The notes beneath the pieces are model-generated. The model had not been told where the DNA came from, ran no database searches, and worked only from the letters and a program-made list of their open reading frames with translations. From assembly GCA_003165595.1 (NCBI GenBank), contig PLWQ01000025.1, forward strand, positions 107,832 through 171,831: a stretch of 64,000 bases of DNA. Reading direction: 5' to 3'. This document shows, one piece after another, positions 53,196 to 62,579 of this stretch (positions are counted from its first letter, which is position 1; every line of letters begins with the position of its first letter). The translations under genes and the position numbers were made by a program. The DNA comes from Fibrobacterota bacterium. Its GTDB lineage: Bacteria > Fibrobacterota > Chitinivibrionia > Chitinivibrionales > FEN-1185.

Positions 53196-53321
53196 GCCGT
53201 AATCCTCGCTATTCTTGCCATTCGCTTTTATCTCTGCCGGCATAACGGTTTGCGCGACGAACATCCTTACAAGTCCAAAGGAAATTCCGAGTTCACTGTT
53301 AACGTTCGAAGCCTCCCCACG

Positions 53322-53981
53322 TTACGTTTTGGCAACCAGACATTGCGTGTCCCAAAGCTCAAGAATTTGCTCAGGTTTGTCGGCAAAAAAGTCGGCAAAC
53401 GCCTTTCTTACTCCCAAAAGGGTGCGGTAGTCGTGAGACAAGATGAACCCACCGCGAGTCATCCTTGGGTAGAAGAACCGAAGACAATCGAGCGTGCTCT
53501 TATAGATATCAACGTCAATATGCACCATCGAAAATGTACAATTCAGCACAGCATTTGCGGTTTCCGGGAAACACCCTTTATGGTAATAAACATTCTGGAA
53601 ACCCGAAAGAAACGCTTGAACCGCTTCGATGGAAGTATCGGCAAAATCTCCTTGACGATGTCTGTCAACGCGTTTGTCTACCATCGGCATGCCGGCAAAA
53701 GTATCGAAGAGATGCAGGTTCCTTTGCCCCTTAAACTCACAAATGATCCTTGCGCTTCCTCCTCTATAGACACCTACTTCCGCGAGGTCCCCCCTCAGCT
53801 TGCCTGATTGTTCTACCAATTTGTAGACGTTATGCATTTCCCGCATGGTCAAGGTCTTCCTGTTTCGAAGGCGGCGGTCTCCGAAACAAGCCAGAAACGC
53901 CTTGTCTTCACGTATAATGTGTTTGGAGACAATGGTATCAATTGATGTTCTCACCCTGTTTAGACATCTTCCAATGATCAT
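53322..53981 (-). CDS. TylF/MycF-family (macrocin-type) O-methyltransferase
   Basis: 'GDLAEVGVYRGGSARIICE', 'LFDTFAGMP', 'FSMVHIDVDIYKSTLDCLRFFYPRMTRGGFILSHDY'. Confidence 0.8.
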   Translation of the reverse strand: MIIGRCLNRVRTSIDTIVSKHIIREDKAFLACFGDRRLRNRKTLTMREMHNVYKLVEQSGKLRGDLAEVGVYRGGSARIICEFKGQRNLHLFDTFAGMPMVDKRVDRHRQGDFADTSIEAVQAFLSGFQNVYYHKGCFPETANAVLNCTFSMVHIDVDIYKSTLDCLRFFYPRMTRGGFILSHDYRTLLGVRKAFADFFADKPEQILELWDTQCLVAKT

Positions 53982-54115
53982 AAGAATCTTCCTTAGTAGT
54001 AAACGTCATGTGTTTGTTTGCGGGCATAACCCGCGAGGTTAATCAATAGGTGGAATCTTTTGCCCCACGGAAATTACTGCTCAACAGGCCTTGCAGGCAA
54101 TCGGCCGTTGCCTCG

Positions 54116-55732
54116 TCATTGTGTCGGCTTATTTGGAATGATTCGGTAAATCGAAAACGGCGGCACGGGAAATTCATTTGGGTGATTATAGTATTGCTGG
54201 TCCTTTTTTACCAAGACAAGCCTGAAGGCGCTTTCAAGTTTCGTTTGATAGGCATACGATCCTTCAATGCCCCGGTAATCGCAAAAGAACACCGCCTTGT
54301 TCTGCGTCAGCAGAAATGACAACTTATCAATAATTGTCGAGGTGGTATCATCCAGCCTTGACGGGGGAAAAAAGCAGGAATTTGAGTAATAATCAAGAGG
54401 AAAACACAGAAAGGCGTCGCACAGGACCACGGATTTCGGGGGAATGACCGATTCAATATCGTTCACAAGCCGATGTACCTGCGGCAGCCTGAAGTGGGCC
54501 GGCCTTGCACAGGGAACCGAACGGGTAATCTTCACAGCGAAAAAGGGAAGGAGAAAAACCGAAGCGAGTATCCACAATAGAACTGGACGATGTTGTATAG
54601 TCTCAACAAGAGTGTAGAGCCCGCAAACGAAAAGGAAAACCACTAACGGATAGACGGGCGCCAGGTAAATGTTATAGGTATAGGCAAAATCGAGGCACGG
54701 AATAAACCAGCAAACATAAAAGGAATATTCCAAGAGTAGGAATGGCGTCACCCACCACCGGACAAAGGCTGTTCTTCTTTGGTTCCACATTCCAATCGCT
54801 GCTATGGCAAGAAATGGCAGGGCCCACCACGCGGGGAACCCCTTGGGACTGTATATTATCGCCTGGGCCTTGCAGATAGCCACGAACGACGCCAAGGTAT
54901 TCCTGAAAAGATCGATATTCTTCCATTCGTAGGGCGGCTGCGCCGGAAGATACCAATGCCCGCTGCTGACATGATTCTGGATGAGAAACGGAGTGAAGAT
55001 AAGCATGGCGATTGCAATGCCGGCTATCCCGTTGGTGATGGCTGGCCTAACCCGCATATCCCTCAGATGGTGGCTATTAACGAAGAGTAAGATCATTGGC
55101 AAAAACAGAATTGCCTGAGGTATCTTCACCGTGGCTGTCAGGCATAAGAGACCAAAGGCCGCAAGCCAGTACACCTTGCGCTTCTTCTGGGAAGCGAGGA
55201 GTGCGAACAACGACGCAAGGGTCGTCAGGGCCGCGCAGGCAATGTCTCGCCGAAACGTCAACCGAAAGTTGATCACGGTCCCGTACGCCGCTATTGCCAG
55301 TACCGCGAGTATCCAGGCACTGCGCCGATCGCGGTCCTTAAAGAATACTCGCGTAGTGAAAAACAAACCGGTAATGATGCAAATGTCCCAAACAATCCGG
55401 GCAATCCATATTGCATTTTCACCGAACAGAGCAAGGAGCGGCGCCAGCAGCATTGCTATGCCTATTGATACAACGGAGACCTGTTGTCCTGCCGGATTCA
55501 AGACAAAAGGCGACAGGGTGTGTTTCATGTCGGGAAAATGCGACTTGAGAAGATCGTATACCGGATTGTCAATAATCATCTTCCCGTGGAGGAGCGCCTG
55601 CGCCGACCTGAGATAGATAACCATGTCGTCAACCATCGACGCATCGTAATTCAGGTAGGCGTTGACTGAGTAAACGCAGAGAAAGAGCAGGAGGAGGCCG
55701 AGGCAAATGAGGCGCGTCTTGTCTTTTACCAT
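54116..55732 (-). CDS. uncharacterised polytopic membrane protein (GT-C candidate)
   Basis: Start at MVKDKTRLICLG (ATG 55732). 'YDASMVDDMVIYLRSA' acidic loop after TM1. About 11 TM segments plus a soluble C-terminal domain. Confidence 0.6.
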   Translation of the reverse strand: MVKDKTRLICLGLLLLFLCVYSVNAYLNYDASMVDDMVIYLRSAQALLHGKMIIDNPVYDLLKSHFPDMKHTLSPFVLNPAGQQVSVVSIGIAMLLAPLLALFGENAIWIARIVWDICIITGLFFTTRVFFKDRDRRSAWILAVLAIAAYGTVINFRLTFRRDIACAALTTLASLFALLASQKKRKVYWLAAFGLLCLTATVKIPQAILFLPMILLFVNSHHLRDMRVRPAITNGIAGIAIAMLIFTPFLIQNHVSSGHWYLPAQPPYEWKNIDLFRNTLASFVAICKAQAIIYSPKGFPAWWALPFLAIAAIGMWNQRRTAFVRWWVTPFLLLEYSFYVCWFIPCLDFAYTYNIYLAPVYPLVVFLFVCGLYTLVETIQHRPVLLWILASVFLLPFFAVKITRSVPCARPAHFRLPQVHRLVNDIESVIPPKSVVLCDAFLCFPLDYYSNSCFFPPSRLDDTTSTIIDKLSFLLTQNKAVFFCDYRGIEGSYAYQTKLESAFRLVLVKKDQQYYNHPNEFPVPPFSIYRIIPNKPTQ

Positions 55733-55969
55733 GTCGCTTTGAGTTTCCTGGCGCTCACAATATGTATGCACCGTGAAGAATCTGGAGCCGGCGCGGAGCC
55801 GCGTGCCGCATCATTAAAATAAGTATATGACTCTTTTTACGCTGAGTCAATTACCCTGTCTTTATTATGGGCCCGTTGATTGTTTTGCTATTATGCGGCC
55901 GAAAAGATATTATTTAAGTTGGTAAACGACATGCCCTAAGAGCTCAAGAAGGGACCGCTCCCCAATACC

Positions 55970-56680
55970 ATGAATTCGCTCGTCCTTATTCCGGCATTCA
56001 ATGAGGAAAAAAACCTGCCTTCGGTTATTGCCGAGGTAAGGGCCAGCCTGCCGGATTTCGATATCGTTGTCGTAAACGACGGCTCCAGAGACCGAACCGA
56101 AGAACTTGCTCGTACCGCCGGAAGTGTGGTTATTTCTCATCCTGTCAATGTTGGATATGGGGCGGCGGTCCAGACGGGATTCAAATACGCCTGCAAAAAG
56201 GGCTATGCCGTTGTCGTGCTCATGGACGCCGATGGGCAGCACGATGCAAAGGATGCGCAACAGCTTGTAACTGTGCTTAAAGATCATTCATTGGACATGG
56301 TCATTGGCTCCAGGTTTGCGATAAAGACCGGCTATAAGACGACGTTCGCCAGGATAGTCGGCAGAAACCTTTTTTCGCTCATAACCTATTTGATAACCCA
56401 TAAGAGATTTCTGGACATCTCCTCGGGCTTTCGGGCGATCAATGGACGGGCGGTCGCATTTCTTTCAAGAAATTATCCTGTTGATTTTCCGGACGCCGAG
56501 GTACTCGTCATGATGCTCCTGAATGGATTCAAGATCGCAGAGGTCCCGGCGACTTTTAGATCGCGCACAACAGGCCAATCGATGTTTTCGCTGCCGAAGA
56601 AAATCTATTATCCGTTCAAAGGCCTGCTGGCAATCGTCATCGTCGTAATGCGGGAGATCTTCAAAGAGAAGGAGAAATAG
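55970..56680 (+). CDS. glycosyltransferase family 2, polyprenyl-phosphate glycosyltransferase type (GtrB/ArnC/DPM1-like)
   Basis: 'LVLIPAFNEEKNLPSVIAEV', 'VVVNDGSRDRTEELA', 'VVLMDADGQHD', and a C-terminal TM/amphipathic segment. Confidence 0.85.
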   Translation: MNSLVLIPAFNEEKNLPSVIAEVRASLPDFDIVVVNDGSRDRTEELARTAGSVVISHPVNVGYGAAVQTGFKYACKKGYAVVVLMDADGQHDAKDAQQLVTVLKDHSLDMVIGSRFAIKTGYKTTFARIVGRNLFSLITYLITHKRFLDISSGFRAINGRAVAFLSRNYPVDFPDAEVLVMMLLNGFKIAEVPATFRSRTTGQSMFSLPKKIYYPFKGLLAIVIVVMREIFKEKEK

Positions 56681-56681
56681 C

Positions 56682-57041
56682 ATGTCACTCAGGGGCCAAG
56701 CATTTGTCCTAATGATTTCCATTCTGGTAATTCTCTTTGTGCTTAATGCCCTGCGAAAAAGGAGAATTAACGAAGAATATTGCCTGTGGTGGATTTTTAT
56801 CATGATTGCAACGGATGTCCTCGTCTTGAACCAGCGCCTGCTTTCAAGAATCACGCATCTAATTGGAGCGCTCGTTCCCATATCAACGCTCACGCTTTTT
56901 GCGCTTATTCTCATGCTTGCGATTCTGATATATTTCTCGATGAAGATCTCCGTTCTCACAAACCAGGTAAGGGAACTCATTCAATTTGCTGCGCTGCAGA
57001 AAAAGGACATTGAGGAGTTGCGTCCAAAGGCTCACCTATAG
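56682..57041 (+). CDS. DUF2304-family small membrane protein
   Basis: AAGGAGAAA upstream of ATG 56682. Three TM segments. 'LRKRRINEEYCLWWIFIM'. Classic position directly after a GtrB-like GT2. Confidence 0.7.
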   Translation: MSLRGQAFVLMISILVILFVLNALRKRRINEEYCLWWIFIMIATDVLVLNQRLLSRITHLIGALVPISTLTLFALILMLAILIYFSMKISVLTNQVRELIQFAALQKKDIEELRPKAHL

Positions 57042-57069
57042 GCAACGTAGCGTCATACCCGGCCATCTT

Positions 57070-58683
57070 ATGAACACATCTGCTTTCAAACCATATCGCC
57101 CGGTGCTCTTCTTCCTTATCGTTCTCGCCATCGCCTGCGCCATTCGCATCCACCTTCTCCCCGTGCCGCTGGAACGGGACGAAGGAGAATATGCCTACTC
57201 CGGTCAACTGATTCTTCAGGGAATTCCTCCGTTTTCACAGTCCTATAACATGAAGATGCCGGGGATTTATGTTGCCTATGCGGCTATCCTCACCTGTTTC
57301 GGCCAAACTACAACCGGAATACATTTCGGTCTTCTTCTTATTAACATTTTGTCTTCGCTTGCCATGTTCCTGCTTGGACGCCGCCTGTACAATCCGCTTG
57401 TTGGTTGTGCTTCGGGTTCGGCTTTTGCCGTCATGACGCTTTGCTCGTCGGTCCTCGGGCTATCGGCAAATGCGGAACATTTTGTGGTCCTTTTTGTTCT
57501 GCTGGGATGCCTTTCGCTTCTCGAAACTCTCGATAAAGAACGTAGTCTTTTCGCTTTTTTGGCCGGTTTGTCATTTGGCGCCTGTGTCCTGATGAAACAG
57601 CATGGTGCGGCCTTTGCGCTTTTTGGATTTCTGTGTGTTCTGGCGGGGACATTTTCCGCGCACCGCGGCCGGATCAAGAAGCCGGCAATGTTCGCCTTGG
57701 TCTATTGCGCCGGGGTGCTTGTGCCGTTTTTCGTGGTTTGCCTGTGGCTGTGGTGTGCCGGCGTCTTTGGCAGTTTCTGGTTCTGGACGTTTACGTATGC
57801 CCGCGCCTATGTTACACAGATCCCGCTGTGGGTTGGCGCACATATCTTTTACGACCAAATGGGGCACATCACGGCATCGTCCCCGGCGTTGTGGTTGCTT
57901 GCGATGTTGGGTCTTGTGTCGTTGCTCTTCGATAGAAACTCAAAATGGAAAACCGGCGGCGTCTTGTTATTCCTGCTACTGTCGTTTGTTTCCATATGCC
58001 CGGGTTTTTACTTCCGGGAGCACTATTTCATTCTGGTGCTGCCCGTGGTTTCGCTGCTGTGCGGGAAAGGGGTTGCGTTTGCCCTTTCGCCTTTTGTAAA
58101 ACGTCCGGCATTGCTTTTTTCTCTCTTCTGCCTTGTTGTCGGCGGTGCGGTTGCGATTCCTCTTTTCGCGGAAAAGGCCATTCTTTTCGAGTCTGCGCCC
58201 ATGCGCGTTTCCAGGCTCATTTACGGACCCAATCCATTCCCCGAATCGTGCGTCATCGCGGATTCACTGAGGGCGTGGACATCTCCTGCAGACAAAATCG
58301 GAATCCTGGGTTCGGAGCCGCAGATTTTCTTCTATGCTCACCGGCGGTCTGCAAGCGGCTACATCTATACCTATGCCCTTATGGAAAAGCAGCCCTTCGC
58401 TTTGCATATGCAGGACGAAATGATACGGCAAATCGAAGCGGCCGCACCTCGCTATCTCGTATATGTTAATGTTGATGTGTCGTGGCTTGTGCGGCCGGAT
58501 TCTTACACCAGAATCTTTCAATGGTTCAACCAATATCAGCGGAGCATGTACGAAGTTGCCGGCGTTGCCGACATTGTCTCGGATCGCAAAACAGTGTTCG
58601 TGTGGGGGAATGAGGTTAAGAAATACGCCCCACAGTCATCAGCCTGGATTGCCGTCTTCAAGAGAAGAGTGGCTGGTCAATAG
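57070..58683 (+). CDS. ArnT-like GT-C glycosyltransferase
   Basis: ATG 57070. 'LLPVPLERDEGEYAYSGQLIL' acidic first loop. About 11 TM segments and a soluble C-terminal domain. Confidence 0.7.
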   Translation: MNTSAFKPYRPVLFFLIVLAIACAIRIHLLPVPLERDEGEYAYSGQLILQGIPPFSQSYNMKMPGIYVAYAAILTCFGQTTTGIHFGLLLINILSSLAMFLLGRRLYNPLVGCASGSAFAVMTLCSSVLGLSANAEHFVVLFVLLGCLSLLETLDKERSLFAFLAGLSFGACVLMKQHGAAFALFGFLCVLAGTFSAHRGRIKKPAMFALVYCAGVLVPFFVVCLWLWCAGVFGSFWFWTFTYARAYVTQIPLWVGAHIFYDQMGHITASSPALWLLAMLGLVSLLFDRNSKWKTGGVLLFLLLSFVSICPGFYFREHYFILVLPVVSLLCGKGVAFALSPFVKRPALLFSLFCLVVGGAVAIPLFAEKAILFESAPMRVSRLIYGPNPFPESCVIADSLRAWTSPADKIGILGSEPQIFFYAHRRSASGYIYTYALMEKQPFALHMQDEMIRQIEAAAPRYLVYVNVDVSWLVRPDSYTRIFQWFNQYQRSMYEVAGVADIVSDRKTVFVWGNEVKKYAPQSSAWIAVFKRRVAGQ

Positions 58684-58713
58684 GAAACAGGGATGTTTGA
58701 AAAGTTACATTCG

Positions 58714-59415
58714 CTACTGCGCTTTTGTGAATGCCTGCAATTTCCCCTGGACATAACGTTTCACTTCCGGGTTTTCGCTCGTTGCGTATACAAAAGAAAG
58801 AAATTCGAGGCCTTCCTCGGGCGCGCCCGCTTTCCTAAACATCGCCGCCGCTACGCCCGCAAGCCGGAAACCCGGAGCGTCGGGTTGTGTCACCGCGCGC
58901 GCCAGACAGGCCGCCGCATCCTTCTTGTTGTCGTAGTATCTATAGTAAATCATTCCCAGATAGAACCATAGTTTCCACTTGTTGGCCACACTGGAAGAAA
59001 CGCCCCGTTCGAGGATAACCCTCGCGGCGTCGGGGTCGTTGCAGACGTCCGGAATCATCAGGCCGGCAAATTCATATGCCGGATAAAAATCGGGATTGAG
59101 CCTGGTAACAAGATCAACCATACGGACCAGCCACGTGTATTGACCCCCGGAGAGATATTCCGAGCCAAAGTAAAGCGTGGTTCGTATCCACAGGTAGTCG
59201 GCATAGGCTGTGTGGAACCCAAGGAGATACGGTTTGATTTTGTCGCTCTGCGGAACAAACGCCATTGAAGGCGGCGCCCGGTGTGTCGACCTTATCGACG
59301 TGAGACTGTTTTGCGCCGCAAAAATCAGCGCCCCTATCGCGGCGAAAGAGACCGCAAACGCCAGGATTTTGCGCGGGGGTTTCACTAGAGGTCCTTTGCG
59401 TCGAACAACACGCAC
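58714..59415 (-). CDS. membrane-anchored TPR-like helical-repeat protein
   Basis: N-terminal TM 'ILAFAVSFAAIGALIFAA', then helical repeats ('NPDFYPAYEFAGLMI', 'WFYLGMIYYRYYDNKKDAAACLARAV'). GTG start at 59415; an alternative GTG at 59385 overlaps the upstream stop by 1 nt. Confidence 0.55.
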   Translation of the reverse strand: MRVVRRKGPLVKPPRKILAFAVSFAAIGALIFAAQNSLTSIRSTHRAPPSMAFVPQSDKIKPYLLGFHTAYADYLWIRTTLYFGSEYLSGGQYTWLVRMVDLVTRLNPDFYPAYEFAGLMIPDVCNDPDAARVILERGVSSSVANKWKLWFYLGMIYYRYYDNKKDAAACLARAVTQPDAPGFRLAGVAAAMFRKAGAPEEGLEFLSFVYATSENPEVKRYVQGKLQAFTKAQ

Positions 59416-60164
59416 GAAAGCGCAAGAAACAAGGCTGAGTACAGAATGCCATAGACAAGCGCGAGTACATAGTATGCCGGCGGGAGCACGATTCCGTAGA
59501 CGATGTTGTCCCGAACATTAAAATGCTCAAGGTTCGGCAGCACATAATATATCGCGGTGAGGAGCCGGGGATAGAGTGAACCTCGCGCCGCAACCAGCTT
59601 GATGGAAAGCAGATCGTTGAGGTGGCCGGCAACATAGAATGCAAGAGAGAAAAAGGACGCGAGCATGGGTGAGGTTAGCGTCGAAAAAAAAATGGAGGCG
59701 GAGATAACCACCGACATCTCGGCCCAGATGAGGAGCACGGCACACAAGAGCGAAAGTTTTATGGTTCCGCCCAGATATACAAGCGTGCAGAGGAACATTG
59801 TCGACATGGCCGCATAGGTAAGCAAGAGCGTGGTAAGCAGCCCTGCGTACTTGCCGCATACGAATTGCGCTCGAGATATCGGCTTGGTGATAACTTGATA
59901 CAGCGTCTTCTGACTCACCTCTCTTCCGAGCATGCCTACGCCGATAAATACCGCCAACAGCAGCCCGGCAAGAGACATGGTGGCAAGGCCGAAATCCTGC
60001 ATCACCTGAATCCTGGCGAATACCGACCAATCCGCAACAAACACCGACAGCACGATGAGCGCCACGACAAAGAAGAGAACAATGTACAGAACGTTGTTCC
60101 GTATCGTTTCCTTGAACGTGTTGACCGCAATCTGAAATATCGCCCGCATCCGCAGACCCTTCAT
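59385..60164 (-). CDS. ABC-2 type transporter permease
   Basis: The ATG at 60164 overlaps the ATPase stop (ATGA). Six TM segments. 'FQIAVNTFKETIRNNVLYIVLFF' is a typical NosY/ABC-2 N-terminus. The 100-aa upstream extension in the track was rejected. Confidence 0.75.
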   Translation of the reverse strand: MKGLRMRAIFQIAVNTFKETIRNNVLYIVLFFVVALIVLSVFVADWSVFARIQVMQDFGLATMSLAGLLLAVFIGVGMLGREVSQKTLYQVITKPISRAQFVCGKYAGLLTTLLLTYAAMSTMFLCTLVYLGGTIKLSLLCAVLLIWAEMSVVISASIFFSTLTSPMLASFFSLAFYVAGHLNDLLSIKLVAARGSLYPRLLTAIYYVLPNLEHFNVRDNIVYGIVLPPAYYVLALVYGILYSALFLALSCVLFDAKDL

Positions 60165-61084
60165 TGCCTTTTGTAAATTATATCTTCGAGTGAAGCGGAC
60201 CGCTTCGACACCGACTCGCAGAATATTCCCTTTTCGCACAGGTATCGCTGGCACTCCACGGCATCCTTGCCGGCAGGAATGGAAATGACATCGCCGGCGT
60301 TGGCGTTTCTTGTCACCGTGTACCCTTTTGCCGTAAGAAGATCCCGGTCCGCTTCGGAAAGCCCCGCCACTTCGCACTCCACTACGCGCACCCCTTCCGC
60401 CAACAGATCGGCAAGCGGTCCCTGGTAGGCGAGGCGCCCCGCGGATACAACGACGACGTGACTGCACAACGATTCCACATCGTCAAGTATGTGGGAGCTA
60501 AAGAATATTGTTTTCCCTTCTTTTCCCAACGTAAGCAGTATGTGTCGAAAAAGCCGCCGGCCAAGGGGATCGAGACCGCTCATGGGTTCGTCCAGAACAA
60601 AGAGGTCCGGGTCGCACAGCAGTGCCTGAGCCATGGAAAGACGCTGTTGCATTCCTTTGGACAAGTCTTTCACTTTGGTTGAAAGGGACGCGGACAGTTC
60701 CACCAGCTCCAAAACCCGCCGGATGTCCGGTTCTCCGGATTTCACGTGCCCCGCGGTGAGCCCGTAAGAAAAGCAGAGCGTTTCCCAAACGGTAAGATGG
60801 TCGTAGAAATAGGGGCGCTCGCTCAGGAACGAAAGCGCTGTGCGCGAGCGCGGAATCCGGGGATCGTTGCCGTTGACAAGCACCGTTCCGGAGGTGGGCC
60901 GGACAAGACCGAGGAGCATCTTGATGCTGGTTGTCTTGCCCGCGCCGTTGGGACCCACAAAACCGGTAATGGTGCCCCTCTCCACGGCAAACGAGCAATC
61001 GACGACAGCCGGCACTTTCCTTTCCCAGAAGTGCCTCCGGTATTCCTTGTAGACATGTGAGAACTCGATGCTGGGACTTGCCAC
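60161..61084 (-). CDS. ABC transporter ATP-binding protein
   Basis: Walker A 'GPNGAGKTT'. Signature 'LSKGMQQRLSMA'. Walker B 'LFVLDEPMSGLD'. Confidence 0.9.
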   Translation of the reverse strand: MASPSIEFSHVYKEYRRHFWERKVPAVVDCSFAVERGTITGFVGPNGAGKTTSIKMLLGLVRPTSGTVLVNGNDPRIPRSRTALSFLSERPYFYDHLTVWETLCFSYGLTAGHVKSGEPDIRRVLELVELSASLSTKVKDLSKGMQQRLSMAQALLCDPDLFVLDEPMSGLDPLGRRLFRHILLTLGKEGKTIFFSSHILDDVESLCSHVVVVSAGRLAYQGPLADLLAEGVRVVECEVAGLSEADRDLLTAKGYTVTRNANAGDVISIPAGKDAVECQRYLCEKGIFCESVSKRSASLEDIIYKRQ

Positions 61085-61258
61085 AATCGTTTCTCTTTGG
61101 GGGAGTGAGCGTGCAACCTAAAGATACTAAGGGTGTTTCGTCGTGTCAATGGCAAACACACTCGTTGCCCCGTGGCGGTTCGCCGTTTCTCGACGGCCAG
61201 TTTAATCCAGCGGTTATTTGTAATTTCATCGCGCCGGCGACCTTGTATTTTATTTCGT

Positions 61259-62527
61259 ATGCCTGCTCAAAAGAAGGGAACGGTGCATCATTGCCACGTG
61301 CACCCCAAGGCCTTTGCCGTCGGACGGTGTTCCGTCTGCAAATCGTGGGTGTGCGGGGAATGTTCGGTAAAAGTTTCTCATCAGGTGTACTGTTCTCGCT
61401 GTCTTGCTAAAAGGGACTCGCAGGCGCGAGCGGCCGAAGTAACTCCCGTTTCCGAACAACCGACGCAACCGCCGGTTCGCAACCCGCCGCTAAGCTATTA
61501 CCGGCTTATGGTTCTATCCGCCGTGACGCTTGCTTTGTGCGGCATTGTTTTCGGCGTGTTGAACGTGAGGCAGGCGCGCGATTTGTCGGCGCAGAATACC
61601 TCGCTCAAGGAAAAGAGAATCGGGCTTCTGGGACAGATCAGGGAGCGAAACCGGGAAATTTTAGAGCTTCGCGCCCGATTGGATTCTCTCTCCGGCCGCG
61701 CCGCCGGTGCGCCCGTAGTCCGGAAAAGCGTCTTTGTCTTCCGTTCGGATCTCAATGTTCCTCCGGAAACCGAAGGAATTCCAATCTCTTTTGACAATGG
61801 GACTACGCAAAAGCGGCTTCTGTGCCTCACCTTCGACGGCGGCGACCAGGCGAATGCCGCGGCCGAGATTCTCGATACCCTCAAATCGCGCAACGTCAAG
61901 GCAACCATGTTTCTCACTGGCCGGTTTGTCAAGCGTTACCCCGCTGTCGTGAGCCGCATCATTTCCGAGGGGCACGAAATCGGAAGCCATACGTTTTCGC
62001 ACCCGCATCTGACCTCTTTTGTGCAGGATCACACGCAGACGGTCTTGCCCACCGTTACCGAGGCCTATCTACGCCACGAGCTTGTTGAAACAGACTCTTT
62101 GTTCCAGTCCCTGTTCGGCGCACGGCTTGCCCCTTTGTGGCGCGCCCCCTACGGGGAATACAATCGCACAATTTGCCTATGGGCCCAGCACGCGGGTTTT
62201 CTTCATGTGGGGTGGCGGCAGGGGAGAACGTGGAAGCTGGGTCTGGACAGCAACGATTGGACTCCCGACGAAGAGACTCCGGGCTACCACACGCCTCAGG
62301 AGGTCTTCGACAAAATTGTCGGCCTTGCTCAGAGTCCTGGTACGGGAATCAACGGCGGCATTATCCTTATGCATTTAAACACCGCCCGCCAGCAGAAGGA
62401 CCGGCAAGTCCATTCCATTCTTGGCAAGCTGATTGATTCTCTTGAGTCCGGCGGCTACCGGTTTGTTACGGTGGGTGAAATGCTCAAAGAGTCCGGGGTT
62501 GACATAACACGGCTAAAACGTCTCTAA
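61259..62527 (+). CDS. membrane-anchored polysaccharide deacetylase (NodB domain) with N-terminal zinc-ribbon and coiled coil
   Basis: ATG 61259. 'HCHVHPKAFAVGRCSVCKSWVCGECS..YCSRC'. TM 'LMVLSAVTLALCGIVFGVL'. Coiled coil. NodB motifs 'LTFDGG' and 'HEIGSHTFSHPHL'. Confidence 0.8.
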   Translation: MPAQKKGTVHHCHVHPKAFAVGRCSVCKSWVCGECSVKVSHQVYCSRCLAKRDSQARAAEVTPVSEQPTQPPVRNPPLSYYRLMVLSAVTLALCGIVFGVLNVRQARDLSAQNTSLKEKRIGLLGQIRERNREILELRARLDSLSGRAAGAPVVRKSVFVFRSDLNVPPETEGIPISFDNGTTQKRLLCLTFDGGDQANAAAEILDTLKSRNVKATMFLTGRFVKRYPAVVSRIISEGHEIGSHTFSHPHLTSFVQDHTQTVLPTVTEAYLRHELVETDSLFQSLFGARLAPLWRAPYGEYNRTICLWAQHAGFLHVGWRQGRTWKLGLDSNDWTPDEETPGYHTPQEVFDKIVGLAQSPGTGINGGIILMHLNTARQQKDRQVHSILGKLIDSLESGGYRFVTVGEMLKESGVDITRLKRL

Positions 62528-62579
62528 AGTGATGCGCTAGAAAGTATTTTCTCATTGTCCACCTAGCATCTGGAGAACA

